36,911 nt of DNA from the NCBI GenBank assembly GCA_964500245.1, contig CAZCNZ010000115.1:1-36911 (forward strand), written 5' to 3'. The translations under genes were made by a program, and so were the position numbers. Positions 7,490-16,927 of this stretch are shown piece after piece (positions within the stretch are counted from its first letter, which is position 1; every line of letters starts with the position of its first letter). The DNA comes from an uncultured Thermoplasmatales archaeon. Its GTDB lineage: Archaea; Thermoplasmatota; Thermoplasmata; Lutacidiplasmatales; UBA184. The notes beneath the pieces were generated by a model. That model did not search any database, was not told where the DNA came from, and worked only from the letters and a program-made list of their open reading frames with translations.

Positions 7490-7987
7490 TCATAACCGTT
7501 GCCGACGGGGAACGCCTTTCCGAAGGGGCAGCGCCGGAGAACGGGACACGACGGTGGAACGGCCGGAGCGAACCTGGAGACGGTGTCGGTCTCGGGGAAC
7601 GAGCACGACGAGCCCCGCGGCGGATAGACGTGCCGCGAGCGCCCGGTCCGCGGTGACAACGTAGGCTCGACGCCGCACGGCGAGGTCCAGAATCGCCTGG
7701 TCGCCGCGTCCCTCCGCGGGGACGACGAGGAACGACCGTGCCAGCGCCGCGGCCGCGCGAGCCCCCGGGACCCCACGAGCGACGAGACGGTCGACCTCTT
7801 CGACCACGGAGGAAGGCACGACGAGACGCGCCCCGGGGAGGAGGCGTTCCACCTCCGCCCGGAGCGGAAAGTGCGCCCGGACCGGAAGCAAAAGGGCGTT
7901 CGCGTCCAGCAGGACCGGCTTTCGAGCGCGCGCGTCCTCGCTCGTGCTACGGGCGGGAGAGGACGACCCCGAGCTTGTCCCGGTCAT
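7490..7987 (-). CDS. PIN-domain nuclease (Fcf1/Utp24-like archaeal type)
   Basis: The acidic residue pattern is VLLDANALLLP, VVPSSVVEEVDRL, RGDQAILDLA and YVVTADRALAARL. The start is uncertain. The ATG at 7987 overlaps the upstream gene by 41 nt. Confidence 0.6.
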   Translation of the reverse strand: MTGTSSGSSSPARSTSEDARARKPVLLDANALLLPVRAHFPLRAEVERLLPGARLVVPSSVVEEVDRLVARGVPGARAAAALARSFLVVPAEGRGDQAILDLAVRRRAYVVTADRALAARLSAAGLVVLVPRDRHRLQVRSGRSTVVSRSPALPLRKGVPRRQRL

Positions 7988-9539
7988 GTTCGGCCGCCCC
8001 CCGACGTCCTTTGAGGAGATACCGCTGCGCCTTCTGGTTCGCGGTCTTCGGGATCTCCTCGAGGAACTCGATGTACTTCGGGACCATGAAGAATGGGAGG
8101 TTGGCGACGCAGAACTCGAACAGTTCCTTCGGGGCGGGATGGGCTCCGGGTTGGAGCTGAACGAACGCCTTCACATCCTCCTCGCCGAGCTCCGACGGCA
8201 CGCCGACGACGACCGACTCGAAGACCGCGGGGTGACGGTTCAGCACTGATTCCACGTCGTACGGCGCGAGGTTCTCCCCGCGTCGCCGGATGACGTCCTT
8301 CTTGCGGTCCACGAAGTAGTAGTACCCCTCTGCGTCGCGGGTGACGTAGTCGCCCGTGTGGAACCAGAGGTTCCGCCATGCCTCGACGGTCTTCTCCGGC
8401 TTGTTGAGGTACCCCGAGAACATCGTGTAGGGGGACTTCGGGCGGACGACGAGCTCTCCTCGGACGTTCGGGGGCACCGGACGGTCCTCGTCGTCCACGA
8501 CGTCCGCCTCCACGAACCCGAGCGGGGTTCCGATCGACCCGACCCGGATCGCGTCCGGAGGGTTCATCGTGGTCGTGCAGCCGCACTCGGTCATTCCGTA
8601 GAGCTCGATGATCGTGAGGCCGAACCGGCGTTCGAACTCGGGCCAGACCGTGCGGGTCGTCCCGGCGGTGAGCGCCGTGCGGACGGTGTGCGTGCGGTCG
8701 GTGGGCTTCGCGGGTTGCTTGAACAGCACGTTGATCATCGCGATGAGGAGCGAGACGTGCGTAGCGCCCAGTTTCGCCGCCGTCTCCCAGTAGCTGCTCG
8801 CATGGAACCGCTCGTCGAACGCGGCCGTGAGGTCGTTGAGGAGGGCAGTGATGGCGGTCATCTCCTGGGCATTGCAGTGGAAGAGGGGAAGACCGGTATA
8901 GAGCACGGACGACGGGGTCAGGCGGCTCCGCCGGCCGATCTCGAGGGGCGTCGTGATCAGTTTCTGATGGGGGATGATCGCTCCCTTGGGGGGACCGGTC
9001 GTCCCGCTCGTGTACATGATCTCCGCGGGGTCGCTCGAACGGATCGTGGGGGCGGGGACGATCTCGTGGTCCGACGGAAGGTCCGAAAACGGCCTCGTCC
9101 CTTCGGGCAAGGTCGCGCCGGCATCCTCCGTCGCGACGACCCACTCGTGGGCGATGTGAAGCGCCTCTCGGAACGGCGCGTACGCATCCCAGAGGCGACG
9201 GTCGATCACGAGGCCCGAGGGGGTGCTGTCGGCGAGCTCGTAGCGCAGGATCTCGCCCTTGAGTCCCGTGTTGAGGGGGACGAGGATCGCCCCGCGCTTG
9301 GCCACCCCGAACCAGACCAGGGGGAACTCTGGGGTGTTGAACAGTAAGCTCGCCACGCGGTCCCCCACGCCGATCCCCGCGGCGGCGACGCCGTTCGCTA
9401 TCCGGTCCGTCTCGCGGTCGAGGTCGACATAGGAGATTTCCCGGGTGGCGAACCGAAACGCGGTTCGGTCACCGTTCTTGTGCGCCTTCCCGCGAACGAG
9501 CTCCCCGAGCGTCCCGTACGTCTCGTCCGGTTCGAGCAC
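7947..9539 (-). CDS. AMP-dependent acyl-CoA synthetase/ligase
   Basis: The AMP-binding signature is MYTSGTTGPPKGAI, followed by YGMTE, WFHTGD and RKKDVIRRRGENL. Length is 530 aa, with a GTG start. Confidence 0.9.
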   Translation of the reverse strand: MLEPDETYGTLGELVRGKAHKNGDRTAFRFATREISYVDLDRETDRIANGVAAAGIGVGDRVASLLFNTPEFPLVWFGVAKRGAILVPLNTGLKGEILRYELADSTPSGLVIDRRLWDAYAPFREALHIAHEWVVATEDAGATLPEGTRPFSDLPSDHEIVPAPTIRSSDPAEIMYTSGTTGPPKGAIIPHQKLITTPLEIGRRSRLTPSSVLYTGLPLFHCNAQEMTAITALLNDLTAAFDERFHASSYWETAAKLGATHVSLLIAMINVLFKQPAKPTDRTHTVRTALTAGTTRTVWPEFERRFGLTIIELYGMTECGCTTTMNPPDAIRVGSIGTPLGFVEADVVDDEDRPVPPNVRGELVVRPKSPYTMFSGYLNKPEKTVEAWRNLWFHTGDYVTRDAEGYYYFVDRKKDVIRRRGENLAPYDVESVLNRHPAVFESVVVGVPSELGEEDVKAFVQLQPGAHPAPKELFEFCVANLPFFMVPKYIEFLEEIPKTANQKAQRYLLKGRRGAAEHDRDKLGVVLSRP

Positions 9540-9617
9540 GGAGGACCCACGACGTTCGGCGGTCCATAAGCTTCGTGGAGAGATGCTTTCTTAGAGCCGG
9601 GATGGCTCCGACGCCTC

Positions 9618-10079
9618 GTGCCGGCCCGGTCCGCCCCGTACCGCGCCTCTGCTCCCATCGTCTCCGAGCTCGCGGCGGGAGCGGTGGTGCTCTCTGAGTC
9701 CGGACGGGAGACGCTGCTCCTGCATCAGCGGGACGAGGACCGGTGGTGCTTTCCGAAGGGCCACGTCGACCCGGGCGAATCTCTCGCAGACGCGGCGCGA
9801 CGGGAGATCCGGGAGGAAACCGGTCTCACCGACGTTCGGCTGGGCGCGGAAGTGGACGTGGTCTCCTACCGGTTCTACCGTCCGGCCTCCAACGTCAACG
9901 TGTTCAAGACCGTGGTCTTCTTCCTCGCGCATACGGGCGAACATGCGGTCCGGCCCGAGCGGATCTTTGACCGCGCAGAGTGGGTCGACCTCGACCGTGC
10001 CGGAGAGTTCGTGAAGTACGATACCGACCGGCACGTCCTGGATGCGCTCCGGGCGCTCCGAACTCACGCGAAGCAGTAG
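9618..10079 (+). CDS. NUDIX hydrolase
   Basis: The Nudix box is FPKGHVDPGESLADAARREIREETGL. The start (GTG 9618) is uncertain. Confidence 0.8.
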   Translation: MPARSAPYRASAPIVSELAAGAVVLSESGRETLLLHQRDEDRWCFPKGHVDPGESLADAARREIREETGLTDVRLGAEVDVVSYRFYRPASNVNVFKTVVFFLAHTGEHAVRPERIFDRAEWVDLDRAGEFVKYDTDRHVLDALRALRTHAKQ

Positions 10080-10124
10080 CCAGCCTCTTCGGGCGTTGCT
10101 TAGAGAAAGAAGGGGAAGGGGTTG

Positions 10125-10148
10125 GGTGGGCCCCGCCCGGGGCCCACC
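10125..10148. terminator. Perfect 10-bp GC hairpin between convergent genes
   Basis: GGTGGGCCCC-GCCC-GGGGCCCACC lies between the Nudix stop (10079) and the surface-protein stop (10167). On the minus strand it is followed by the pyrimidine/T-rich CCCCTTCCCCTTCTTTCTCT. Confidence 0.4.
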
Positions 10149-10166
10149 GTCGGGCGCTCGAATCCC

Positions 10167-11585
10167 TCAGGGCCGGAAGTTCGGGCCGCCGGGGGGCTCG
10201 TTCCCCTCAGTGGGTCCCATCGGGGGCGGGGAGAGGGACGCGGCGGGGGGAACGCCGTTCGGCCAGCTCTCACCGTACCCGCCGACAAGTCCCTTCTGGG
10301 AGTTGCGCCGGGCGTAGGAGCGCCACTCGATCACACCGACCGTTCCGACGACGACCACGACCGCGACTCCGATGAGCGCCACGAGCAGCCCGCCGATGGG
10401 GGCTGCCGCCCCCGCGCCGTTGCAGCCGTTGCGCAGGCAGTTCGCTTCCGCGTTCGCCTGGCTGACCGACATCGGCTGGGCGAGGACCGACCCACCCGGA
10501 GTGCTCGTCGCGGCAGGGGTTGCCTCGCTCACCGGTGCCGCGAGCGCGTCCACGGACGCGTCGTTGGCCCCGAAGGTCGAGGAGGCGGCCGTCACGTCAG
10601 GGCTGCCCGACCCGGAGCTCAGGAAGAGCGTCTCCGAGGAGATGCCCGCCGAGCCCATCGACACCGAGTCGTAGTCGTGCGTCGCTGTGCCGAAGAGGTC
10701 GAAGTCGTGCGGGATCCAGAGGAACAGGTCGTAGTTGTCGAAGACTCCCTGAACCTGCAGGACGATCGCCATTCGCGGCTTGTGGTCCACGAACACCGTT
10801 TCCGAGACCAGGTAGACCTTCATCCCGGTGAGGTTCACGGTGCCGGTACCGCTCAGCGAGCCGGACTTCGACCCCGACCCGGACCCCGTGGTCCCGTTGA
10901 ACCCTTGGTCGGCCCAGGAGTAGCTCACGGTCCAGGAGGCCGAGGGGCTTCCCGTCGCCGTGGAGTTCCACACGTTGATCCCGGTGAGGTTGAGCGGGAT
11001 CAGTCCGAGGGACGGACTGAACGACGTCGATGCCTGACCGACGCCGAGGACGTTCAGCGACGCGCTCGCAGTGTGGCCGCCCACCGTCTTGCTGATCGAC
11101 TCGGCGATTGAGGCGTTGATCGAGGCCGAGGCGTTCTCGATCCCGAGAGCGGGGACGGGCTGACCGTTCACGTAGACCACCGACTGGTTGGTCACGTTCG
11201 CGAAGCCCACGTCCGACTCGGTCGCGTGGTAGTGGTAGTTCACCGTGGAAACTGCGCCGGTGTAGGTCACGGCGATCGTGATTCCCACGGTCCGCTGCTC
11301 TTCCACCATCCACGTATTCGCGACGGTGGGGGTGACGGTGATCACGACCGTCCAGCCGAACGAGGAAGTCCACGTGAAGGTCCCCGTGTCGGACTCGAGA
11401 GAACCATTGAACCATCCCTGCCCACCATACGCCCACTGGGTCGGGGTCGTCGAATCGGCTGACGCCGCGCTCGAGACCGGCGCCGCGCTCGCGGCACCCG
11501 AGAGCGCCGAGAGAGCCACGAAGGCCAGGAGCATCGCGACACCTGCCGTCGCGGCCCACACTTTCATTCCGCCGATTTTCGCCAT
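10167..11585 (-). CDS. Secreted, membrane-anchored surface glycoprotein, unknown family
   Basis: The N-terminal signal/TM is KVWAATAGVAMLLAFVALSALSGAASA. At least 10 N-x-S/T sequons and Ser/Thr/Gly-rich stretches are present. The C-terminal TM GGLLVALIGVAVVVVVGTVGVI is followed by a ~60-aa cytoplasmic tail. Confidence 0.7.
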   Translation of the reverse strand: MAKIGGMKVWAATAGVAMLLAFVALSALSGAASAAPVSSAASADSTTPTQWAYGGQGWFNGSLESDTGTFTWTSSFGWTVVITVTPTVANTWMVEEQRTVGITIAVTYTGAVSTVNYHYHATESDVGFANVTNQSVVYVNGQPVPALGIENASASINASIAESISKTVGGHTASASLNVLGVGQASTSFSPSLGLIPLNLTGINVWNSTATGSPSASWTVSYSWADQGFNGTTGSGSGSKSGSLSGTGTVNLTGMKVYLVSETVFVDHKPRMAIVLQVQGVFDNYDLFLWIPHDFDLFGTATHDYDSVSMGSAGISSETLFLSSGSGSPDVTAASSTFGANDASVDALAAPVSEATPAATSTPGGSVLAQPMSVSQANAEANCLRNGCNGAGAAAPIGGLLVALIGVAVVVVVGTVGVIEWRSYARRNSQKGLVGGYGESWPNGVPPAASLSPPPMGPTEGNEPPGGPNFRP

Positions 11586-11676
11586 GGTTTCTTTCCTGAC
11601 GGAGTTCTTTCCGTCAAGGGACGTTAGTCGGGAAAGTCCGAGATAAGGCGGTGTTCCGCGACTACGACCGGTCGTT

Positions 11677-11707
11677 GGACCCCGTGCGAGAATTTAGCAC
11701 GGGGTCC
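11677..11707 (-). terminator. Perfect 11-bp hairpin downstream of the aminopeptidase gene
   Basis: GGACCCCGTGC-(9 nt)-GCACGGGGTCC begins 17 nt after the stop at 11724 on the minus strand. It lies upstream of the next gene's start at 11585. Confidence 0.4.
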
Positions 11708-11723
11708 CTTGCTTCGGAACTGG

Positions 11724-12839
11724 TTAGAAGATTCGGCCCCCGCGGACGAGGACCTGGCCGTCGACAGTGAGCTCCGCGCCAGCGGTCGTGAGAATCGCGT
11801 TGAAGTCCGCGTCCGTGGTCCCCCCGAACCCCCGATTGGACCCGATCCCGATGCTGATGGCCCCTCGCTCGTTCTCCTGGAGGGTCGGAGCCATGTGGGT
11901 CGTGGGGTCGAGGCCAACCTCGACCATGGCGGGAAGGTCGCGACCCCGCTTTCCCGCGGCATAGGCCTTGCGGATCACCGCCCCGCCCGACGAGTAGCTC
12001 TGGGCCACGAGGCGGCCGTGGCGGAACGTCCAGCGGCCCCCGCGGACGGGAGTGCCGAACCCGGCGGCCACTCGATTCGACACGAAGGTACCCTCGGCGG
12101 TCCTCTCATCGGGGGCGAGGAAGATGCTCCCGTCGGGAACGCTGGCCATGAACCCGAAACGCCCCTTCCTCTTCCGGATGGCTGCCGGGGTCGCTTCTCC
12201 AAGGACGACGGTGGCCTTTCGCCGAACGAGTTTCAGCGCGAGGTCGGTTCCGTTCGGGTGCCAAACATGGACCTTTCCCGCACCTTCCAACGCTTTCCGA
12301 AGTTTCTCCGCATCCCGAACCATGACCTTGGGGTCGAGCATGGTGGATGCGACGAGCTCCTTCCTCCATGCGTCGAGCGGAACCCCCCAGCGCCGAGCGT
12401 TTGCGGGGGTGGCCCGGGCGATCGCCATCCGCACTCCCCGCACGCCGGCCTTTCCCGCGCGGGCGTACCACTCGTTATTGAACGCGATGAGTTGCTCCAC
12501 GAGCTTGTCCGGGAGGTTTCCCATCCGCTGTTGGTCCTCCGGCCCCCAGAAGTAGACGTAGGCGTCGGTTTCCGCGAGCGTCGCCCACTCGTGCGAGCCG
12601 GGCGTCCCGATGAGGTCGGCCTTCCCGTCATCGACCGCCGCCCAGTAGGCATCCTCGTCCTCGTAGTGGACGAGCGGATGGGCTCCAAGGCGTCGGGATT
12701 CACGAACGAATCCCGCGGCCCAGGACAACGAGGAAGGGTAGACCTCGATCGTGACGTTCTCGCCGGCCTTCAAGCCAAGTCTCGTAGTGAGCACTCGATG
12801 CGCCAGACGGTCGGCCTCTCGGGGCGAGGGTTCGGACAT
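11724..12839 (-). CDS. M29-family (AmpS/PepS/aminopeptidase T-like) aminopeptidase
   Basis: The N-terminus LAHRVLTTRLGLKAGENVTIEV...ESRRLGAHPLV and the C-terminus AISIGIGSNRGFGG...ELTVDGQVLVRGGRIF match my memory of the M29 layout. Length is 371 aa. Confidence 0.65.
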   Translation of the reverse strand: MSEPSPREADRLAHRVLTTRLGLKAGENVTIEVYPSSLSWAAGFVRESRRLGAHPLVHYEDEDAYWAAVDDGKADLIGTPGSHEWATLAETDAYVYFWGPEDQQRMGNLPDKLVEQLIAFNNEWYARAGKAGVRGVRMAIARATPANARRWGVPLDAWRKELVASTMLDPKVMVRDAEKLRKALEGAGKVHVWHPNGTDLALKLVRRKATVVLGEATPAAIRKRKGRFGFMASVPDGSIFLAPDERTAEGTFVSNRVAAGFGTPVRGGRWTFRHGRLVAQSYSSGGAVIRKAYAAGKRGRDLPAMVEVGLDPTTHMAPTLQENERGAISIGIGSNRGFGGTTDADFNAILTTAGAELTVDGQVLVRGGRIF

Positions 12840-12861
12840 GCTCGGCTTAGCGAGCGGAGGT

Positions 12862-14574
12862 TCAATTGCCTTTGCCTTTCGCCGGAGGAACTTCGAATCC
12901 GCCCGGGATTCGGAATCTCGCGTCCTTCAGCAGTGCCAAGGATGACTCGTACCCTGCGTCGGCGTGCCGCGCGACCCCGAGACCGGGGTCGTTGTGAAGC
13001 ACCCGGCCGATTCGTCGGTCGGCGTCGGCCGACCCGTCCGCCACGACAACCAGGCCGGCGTGAATCGAGTTCCCGATTCCGACCCCGCCACCGTGGTGTA
13101 CGGACACCCATGTGGCGCCGCTCACGGCGTTCAGGAGCGCGTTCAGGATCGGCCAGTCCGCGATCGCGTCGGAACCGTCCCGCATCGCCTCGGTCTCGCG
13201 GAACGGGCTCGCGACGCTGCCGGTATCGTGGTGGTCTCGGCCGATGGCGATGGGAGCCGTCAGCTTCCCGTCGTGGACGAGCGCGTTCACGAGGTGGCCG
13301 AACCTCTCTCGCTCTCCGTAGCCCATGTAGCAAATCCGAGCGGGTAGGCCCTGGAACTTGACCTTGTCATGGGCGAGCCGGATCCACCGGCACAAGTGTT
13401 CGTTCGAGGAGAACTCGGAGAGGATCATCTGGTCGATCCGGTAGATGTCGTCGGGTTCGCCGCTGAGCGCGAGCCAACGGAACGGGCCACTTCCCACCGC
13501 GAAGAGGGGACGGATGTACCGGGGGACGTATCCCTCGATGTCGAACGCGTTCGTCACCCCCGCGTCCCGCGCTTGGGTTCGGAAGTTGTTCCCGTAATCG
13601 AACGCCCGCGCACCGCGCTGCCGCATCTCGAGGATCGCGCGCGCTTCGACCGCGATCGATGCCTTGACCTTGGTGAGGTAGCCTATCAAGTCGTTCTCGC
13701 GCGCGACCGCCGCTTGTTCGACCGTCATCCCCTGAGGGATGTAACCGACGCGAAGGTCGTGCGCCGCCGTCTGGTCGCTGAGCACGTCCGGGATGATTCC
13801 CCGGCGAGCGATCTCGGGGTAAACGTCGGCGGCGTTCCCGAGCAGGCCGACCGAGAGCGGTCGCCGGTCCTTGACCGCGGCTTGGATACGGGCGAGCGCG
13901 TCGTCGAGGTCGCGCGCCTGTTCGTCGAGGTAGCGGTGTCGGAGCCTCCGCTCGATCGCCCGCGGGTCGACGTCGACGATCAGCCCGACCCCTCCCAGCA
14001 TCGTGATGGCGAGCGGCTGCGCGCCTCCCATCTCCCCCAGCCCGGAGGTGAGCGTCCATCGGCCGGCGAGTCCGGGCGCGTTGAATTCGATGCGGGCCAA
14101 CGAGGCGAGGGTCTCGTAGGTCCCTTGGAGAATCCCCTGGGTGCCGATGTAGATCCAGCTACCCGCCGTCATCTGGCCGTACATGGTGAGCCCCCGGCTC
14201 TCGAGCTCCCAGAAGACGTCGTCCGTCGCCCACCGGGGCACGATCAGCGCGTTCGCGATCAGGACCCGCGGCGCGTCCGAGTGGGTGGGGAAGACTCCGA
14301 CGGGCTTCCCAGACTGGATGAGGAGCGTCTCCTCGTTTCCGAGGGTCTTGAGCGCCGAAATGATCCGGTCGTACGACTCCCAGTCGCGGGCGGCCTTTCC
14401 GCGCCCGCCGTACACGATCAGCCGCTTCGGGTCTCTAGCCACTTCGGCATCGAGGTTGTTCTGGAGGAGCCGGAACGCTGCCTCCTGACCCCATCCTCGG
14501 CAGGAGAGGGTCGGTCCGCGAGGAGATCGAATCACGCGGTCAGACTCTAGCGTCCGCGACATCGACGGACCCAC
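12862..14574 (-). CDS. hutU: Urocanate hydratase (urocanase)
   Basis: There is strong similarity to HutU throughout, for example [37 protein letters not shown]...[14 protein letters not shown]. Length is 570 aa. Confidence 0.92.
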   Translation of the reverse strand: MGPSMSRTLESDRVIRSPRGPTLSCRGWGQEAAFRLLQNNLDAEVARDPKRLIVYGGRGKAARDWESYDRIISALKTLGNEETLLIQSGKPVGVFPTHSDAPRVLIANALIVPRWATDDVFWELESRGLTMYGQMTAGSWIYIGTQGILQGTYETLASLARIEFNAPGLAGRWTLTSGLGEMGGAQPLAITMLGGVGLIVDVDPRAIERRLRHRYLDEQARDLDDALARIQAAVKDRRPLSVGLLGNAADVYPEIARRGIIPDVLSDQTAAHDLRVGYIPQGMTVEQAAVARENDLIGYLTKVKASIAVEARAILEMRQRGARAFDYGNNFRTQARDAGVTNAFDIEGYVPRYIRPLFAVGSGPFRWLALSGEPDDIYRIDQMILSEFSSNEHLCRWIRLAHDKVKFQGLPARICYMGYGERERFGHLVNALVHDGKLTAPIAIGRDHHDTGSVASPFRETEAMRDGSDAIADWPILNALLNAVSGATWVSVHHGGGVGIGNSIHAGLVVVADGSADADRRIGRVLHNDPGLGVARHADAGYESSLALLKDARFRIPGGFEVPPAKGKGN

Positions 14575-14724
14575 GGGAACGACACCTAACTAGGCTTTCG
14601 GGAAGCCGGCTGTCGCCGGCAGGGACCACGGTGAAACGGCCGATTGAACGGACCTCCTCCCAGGTCGTTCGGTCGGGCGATGCGGGAAAACCTTACGGTC
14701 CCTCGACTGTAAGTCTCGTTGGGT

Positions 14725-14797
14725 GCCGCCATAGCTCAGTCGGTAGAGCGGCTGATTTGTAATCAGCAGGTCGGGAGTTCAATCCTCTCTGGCGGCT
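14725..14797 (+). tRNA. tRNA-Thr(UGU): tRNA-Thr (anticodon UGU)
   Basis: A full cloverleaf is present: acceptor GCCGCCA/TGGCGGC, D arm GCTC-AGTCGGTA-GAGC, anticodon arm GCTGA-TTTGTAA-TCAGC, and T arm GGGAG-TTCAATC-CTCTC. There is no intron and no encoded CCA. Confidence 0.9.
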
Positions 14798-14830
14798 TCA
14801 CATTCCCTGTTCTTGAGAAGAGCCGGGGCC

Positions 14831-16927
14831 TTACCGCGCGTGGTGTTCGATGCCGAGCTGGTCGTAGAGGAAACTCCAGATTTCGGTAAGATGGTCGGCC
14901 TGCTGCTCGACAGACTTGCCGAATCCATGACCGGTCTTTCGCTCGGTCCTCAACAGGATGGGAAGGGTCGACGAGGTGGCCGCCTGCAGCCGCGCGGCCA
15001 TCTTCCGCGCGTGCATCGGGTTCACCCGGTTGTCCGTGTCGGCCGTCAGCAAGAGGATCGCCGGGTACCGAACGCCGGGGCGAACATTGTGGTAGGGCGA
15101 GTACTTGAGGAGGTACTCGAAGGCGCCCGGATCCTCCGCGGACCCATACTCCGGCACCCAAAGAGAACCTCCGTCAAACAACTGATAGCGGAGCATGTCG
15201 AGCACGGGGACCGCGCAGACGACCGCGCGGAAGAGGTCGGGTCGCTGGGTGACGGACGCGCCGACGAGAAGCCCCCCGTTACTACCGCCCGCGATGGCGA
15301 GTTGGTTCGCATCGGTGTACCCCTCTGCGGCCAGCCATTCCGCCGCGGCGATGAAGTCGTCGAAGACGTTCTGCTTCCTTTCCCGCTTTCCGGCGTCGTG
15401 CCACGCCGACCCGTTTTCCGCGCCCCCGCGCAGCTGAGGGACGGCGAAGGTACCGCCGTCCCGAACGAACGGAAAGATGCCCGGGTCGAAGTACGGGGTG
15501 ACGCTGATCCCGAACCCACCGTATCCTTCGAGCAGAGTGGGGCCGGGGGCCGCTCGCTTCGCGCCCTTCCTCCGGACCAGGAACATCGTCACTTCGGTGC
15601 CGTCGTGGGAATGGTAGCGGACCAGACGGATGTCGACCCCTGATCTTGGGCCGGGAATCACCCGACCATCCAGGACGCGCAGCGGACCCCGGTCGGGTCG
15701 AAATCGGAAGGCCGTGCGTGGCGTCTGGAAGGAGAGGAAGGTGACCACGGCCTCCTCACCCGACCCCTCTCCGGTCGGCGGATAGGCGGTGCCGATGCCC
15801 GGCAGGGCTACCTCCCTCACACGCGCGCCGTCCGTGGTGTGGACGACGAGTCGGCTCGACGCATCGTGGAGGTAGCGCAGGACCATCCGGTCTCCCACCA
15901 CGGAGATACCTTCCAGAATGTCGTCGTTCTCGGGGACCAGCTCCTTCCAGGAGCTTTCCCGAGGATCGTCGAGGCCGATCGAGATGACCCGGCGCTTGGG
16001 GGCGTGATGGTCGGTGACCGTGATCAATCGGCCCAAACGGATCCCGGCGTTCCCGTCCCCGATGAAGAGGGCGTTGAGGCCGAGGACCATCGGGCGCACG
16101 TTCCCTCCGTCCCTCAGGTCCAGGGAATAGAGGTCGGTCGAACTCGAAAGGCGCTCGACGAAGATCACGAGGTGACGGTCATCCGGGCTGACGACCAGAT
16201 CCGAGACCGCCTGGGCGGGTTCGAAATCCTCCCCGAAGATCGCGGTGTCCGCCGCAGCCGCTGACCCAAGCCGATGGAAGAAGACCTGGGGAGTTCCCTT
16301 GCTCTTTGTCCTCTCGAGCCCGGGCCAGTTCGTGTAGTAGAATCCGGACCCGTCCTGGCGCCACGCCATGTTGACGAACCGAACATTGGGGATCCGGTCG
16401 AAGCTACGGCGCGATTGAAGGTCCCGAACCCGGAGGTTGGTCATGTCGGTCCCGTGGACGCTCAAACCGTAGCTGACCTTCGACCCATCCCACGCCGGGC
16501 AGACATCCAGAATGGAGGTCGTGCCGCTGGGATCCGCGTCCGCCGGGTCCAACACTCGTCTCGGGCGGTCCGAAGCGCTGTCGCGACAGAGGAGAGCCGC
16601 TTGGGGCGAGCCCGAGGGCCGCCGCAACCAGAAGAATCGGGACCCGGAACCAGAGGGGCCCGCCCGTGGCGGGTACAGCCCTCGCGCGGGGATCCGATCG
16701 CTCCGAACGAGGGAGACAAACTCCCGCCGGAGGGATGCCCGGAACGGACACACCCCCAGCATCCTTCGGGCGAGACGGTCCTGGGCCGCAACCCAGTGTC
16801 CGACCTCGCGGTTCGAAGGGTCCTCGAGCCAGCGATAGGGGTCGACCACCTCGATTCCGTGGTACGAGTCGCGGACCTCCCGGACGGGTGATGGCGGGTA
16901 CCGGAGGAGATTGGACGCACGCGACAC
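14831..16927 (-). CDS. Prolyl oligopeptidase (S9A family)
   Basis: The N-terminus carries DPYRWLEDP and the catalytic serine motif is GGSNGGLLVGA. The C-terminal alpha/beta hydrolase domain is present. Length is 698 aa. Confidence 0.9.
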   Translation of the reverse strand: MSRASNLLRYPPSPVREVRDSYHGIEVVDPYRWLEDPSNREVGHWVAAQDRLARRMLGVCPFRASLRREFVSLVRSDRIPARGLYPPRAGPSGSGSRFFWLRRPSGSPQAALLCRDSASDRPRRVLDPADADPSGTTSILDVCPAWDGSKVSYGLSVHGTDMTNLRVRDLQSRRSFDRIPNVRFVNMAWRQDGSGFYYTNWPGLERTKSKGTPQVFFHRLGSAAAADTAIFGEDFEPAQAVSDLVVSPDDRHLVIFVERLSSSTDLYSLDLRDGGNVRPMVLGLNALFIGDGNAGIRLGRLITVTDHHAPKRRVISIGLDDPRESSWKELVPENDDILEGISVVGDRMVLRYLHDASSRLVVHTTDGARVREVALPGIGTAYPPTGEGSGEEAVVTFLSFQTPRTAFRFRPDRGPLRVLDGRVIPGPRSGVDIRLVRYHSHDGTEVTMFLVRRKGAKRAAPGPTLLEGYGGFGISVTPYFDPGIFPFVRDGGTFAVPQLRGGAENGSAWHDAGKRERKQNVFDDFIAAAEWLAAEGYTDANQLAIAGGSNGGLLVGASVTQRPDLFRAVVCAVPVLDMLRYQLFDGGSLWVPEYGSAEDPGAFEYLLKYSPYHNVRPGVRYPAILLLTADTDNRVNPMHARKMAARLQAATSSTLPILLRTERKTGHGFGKSVEQQADHLTEIWSFLYDQLGIEHHAR

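Noticed and set aside
8358-9347. 329-aa plus-strand ORF; also 7984..9144 (minus strand, alternative frame)
   Set aside because: Both overlap the AMP-binding acyl-CoA synthetase, which has unmistakable motifs. Their compositions are Arg/Pro/Gly-biased.
10122-11111. 329-aa plus-strand ORF; also 10597..11559 (minus strand, alternative frame)
   Set aside because: They overlap the signal-peptide/TM-bearing glycoprotein ORF. They are Arg-rich with no features.
11709-14550. Long plus-strand ORFs 11709..13361 and 13369..14550
   Set aside because: They are antisense to the M29 aminopeptidase and hutU genes, so they are shadow ORFs.
14575-14830. tRNA-Thr and tRNA-Ser flanks inspected for integrated elements
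   Set aside because: There is no integrase, no duplicated tRNA 3' end (att-like direct repeat) that I could see, and the neighbours are ordinary metabolic genes.
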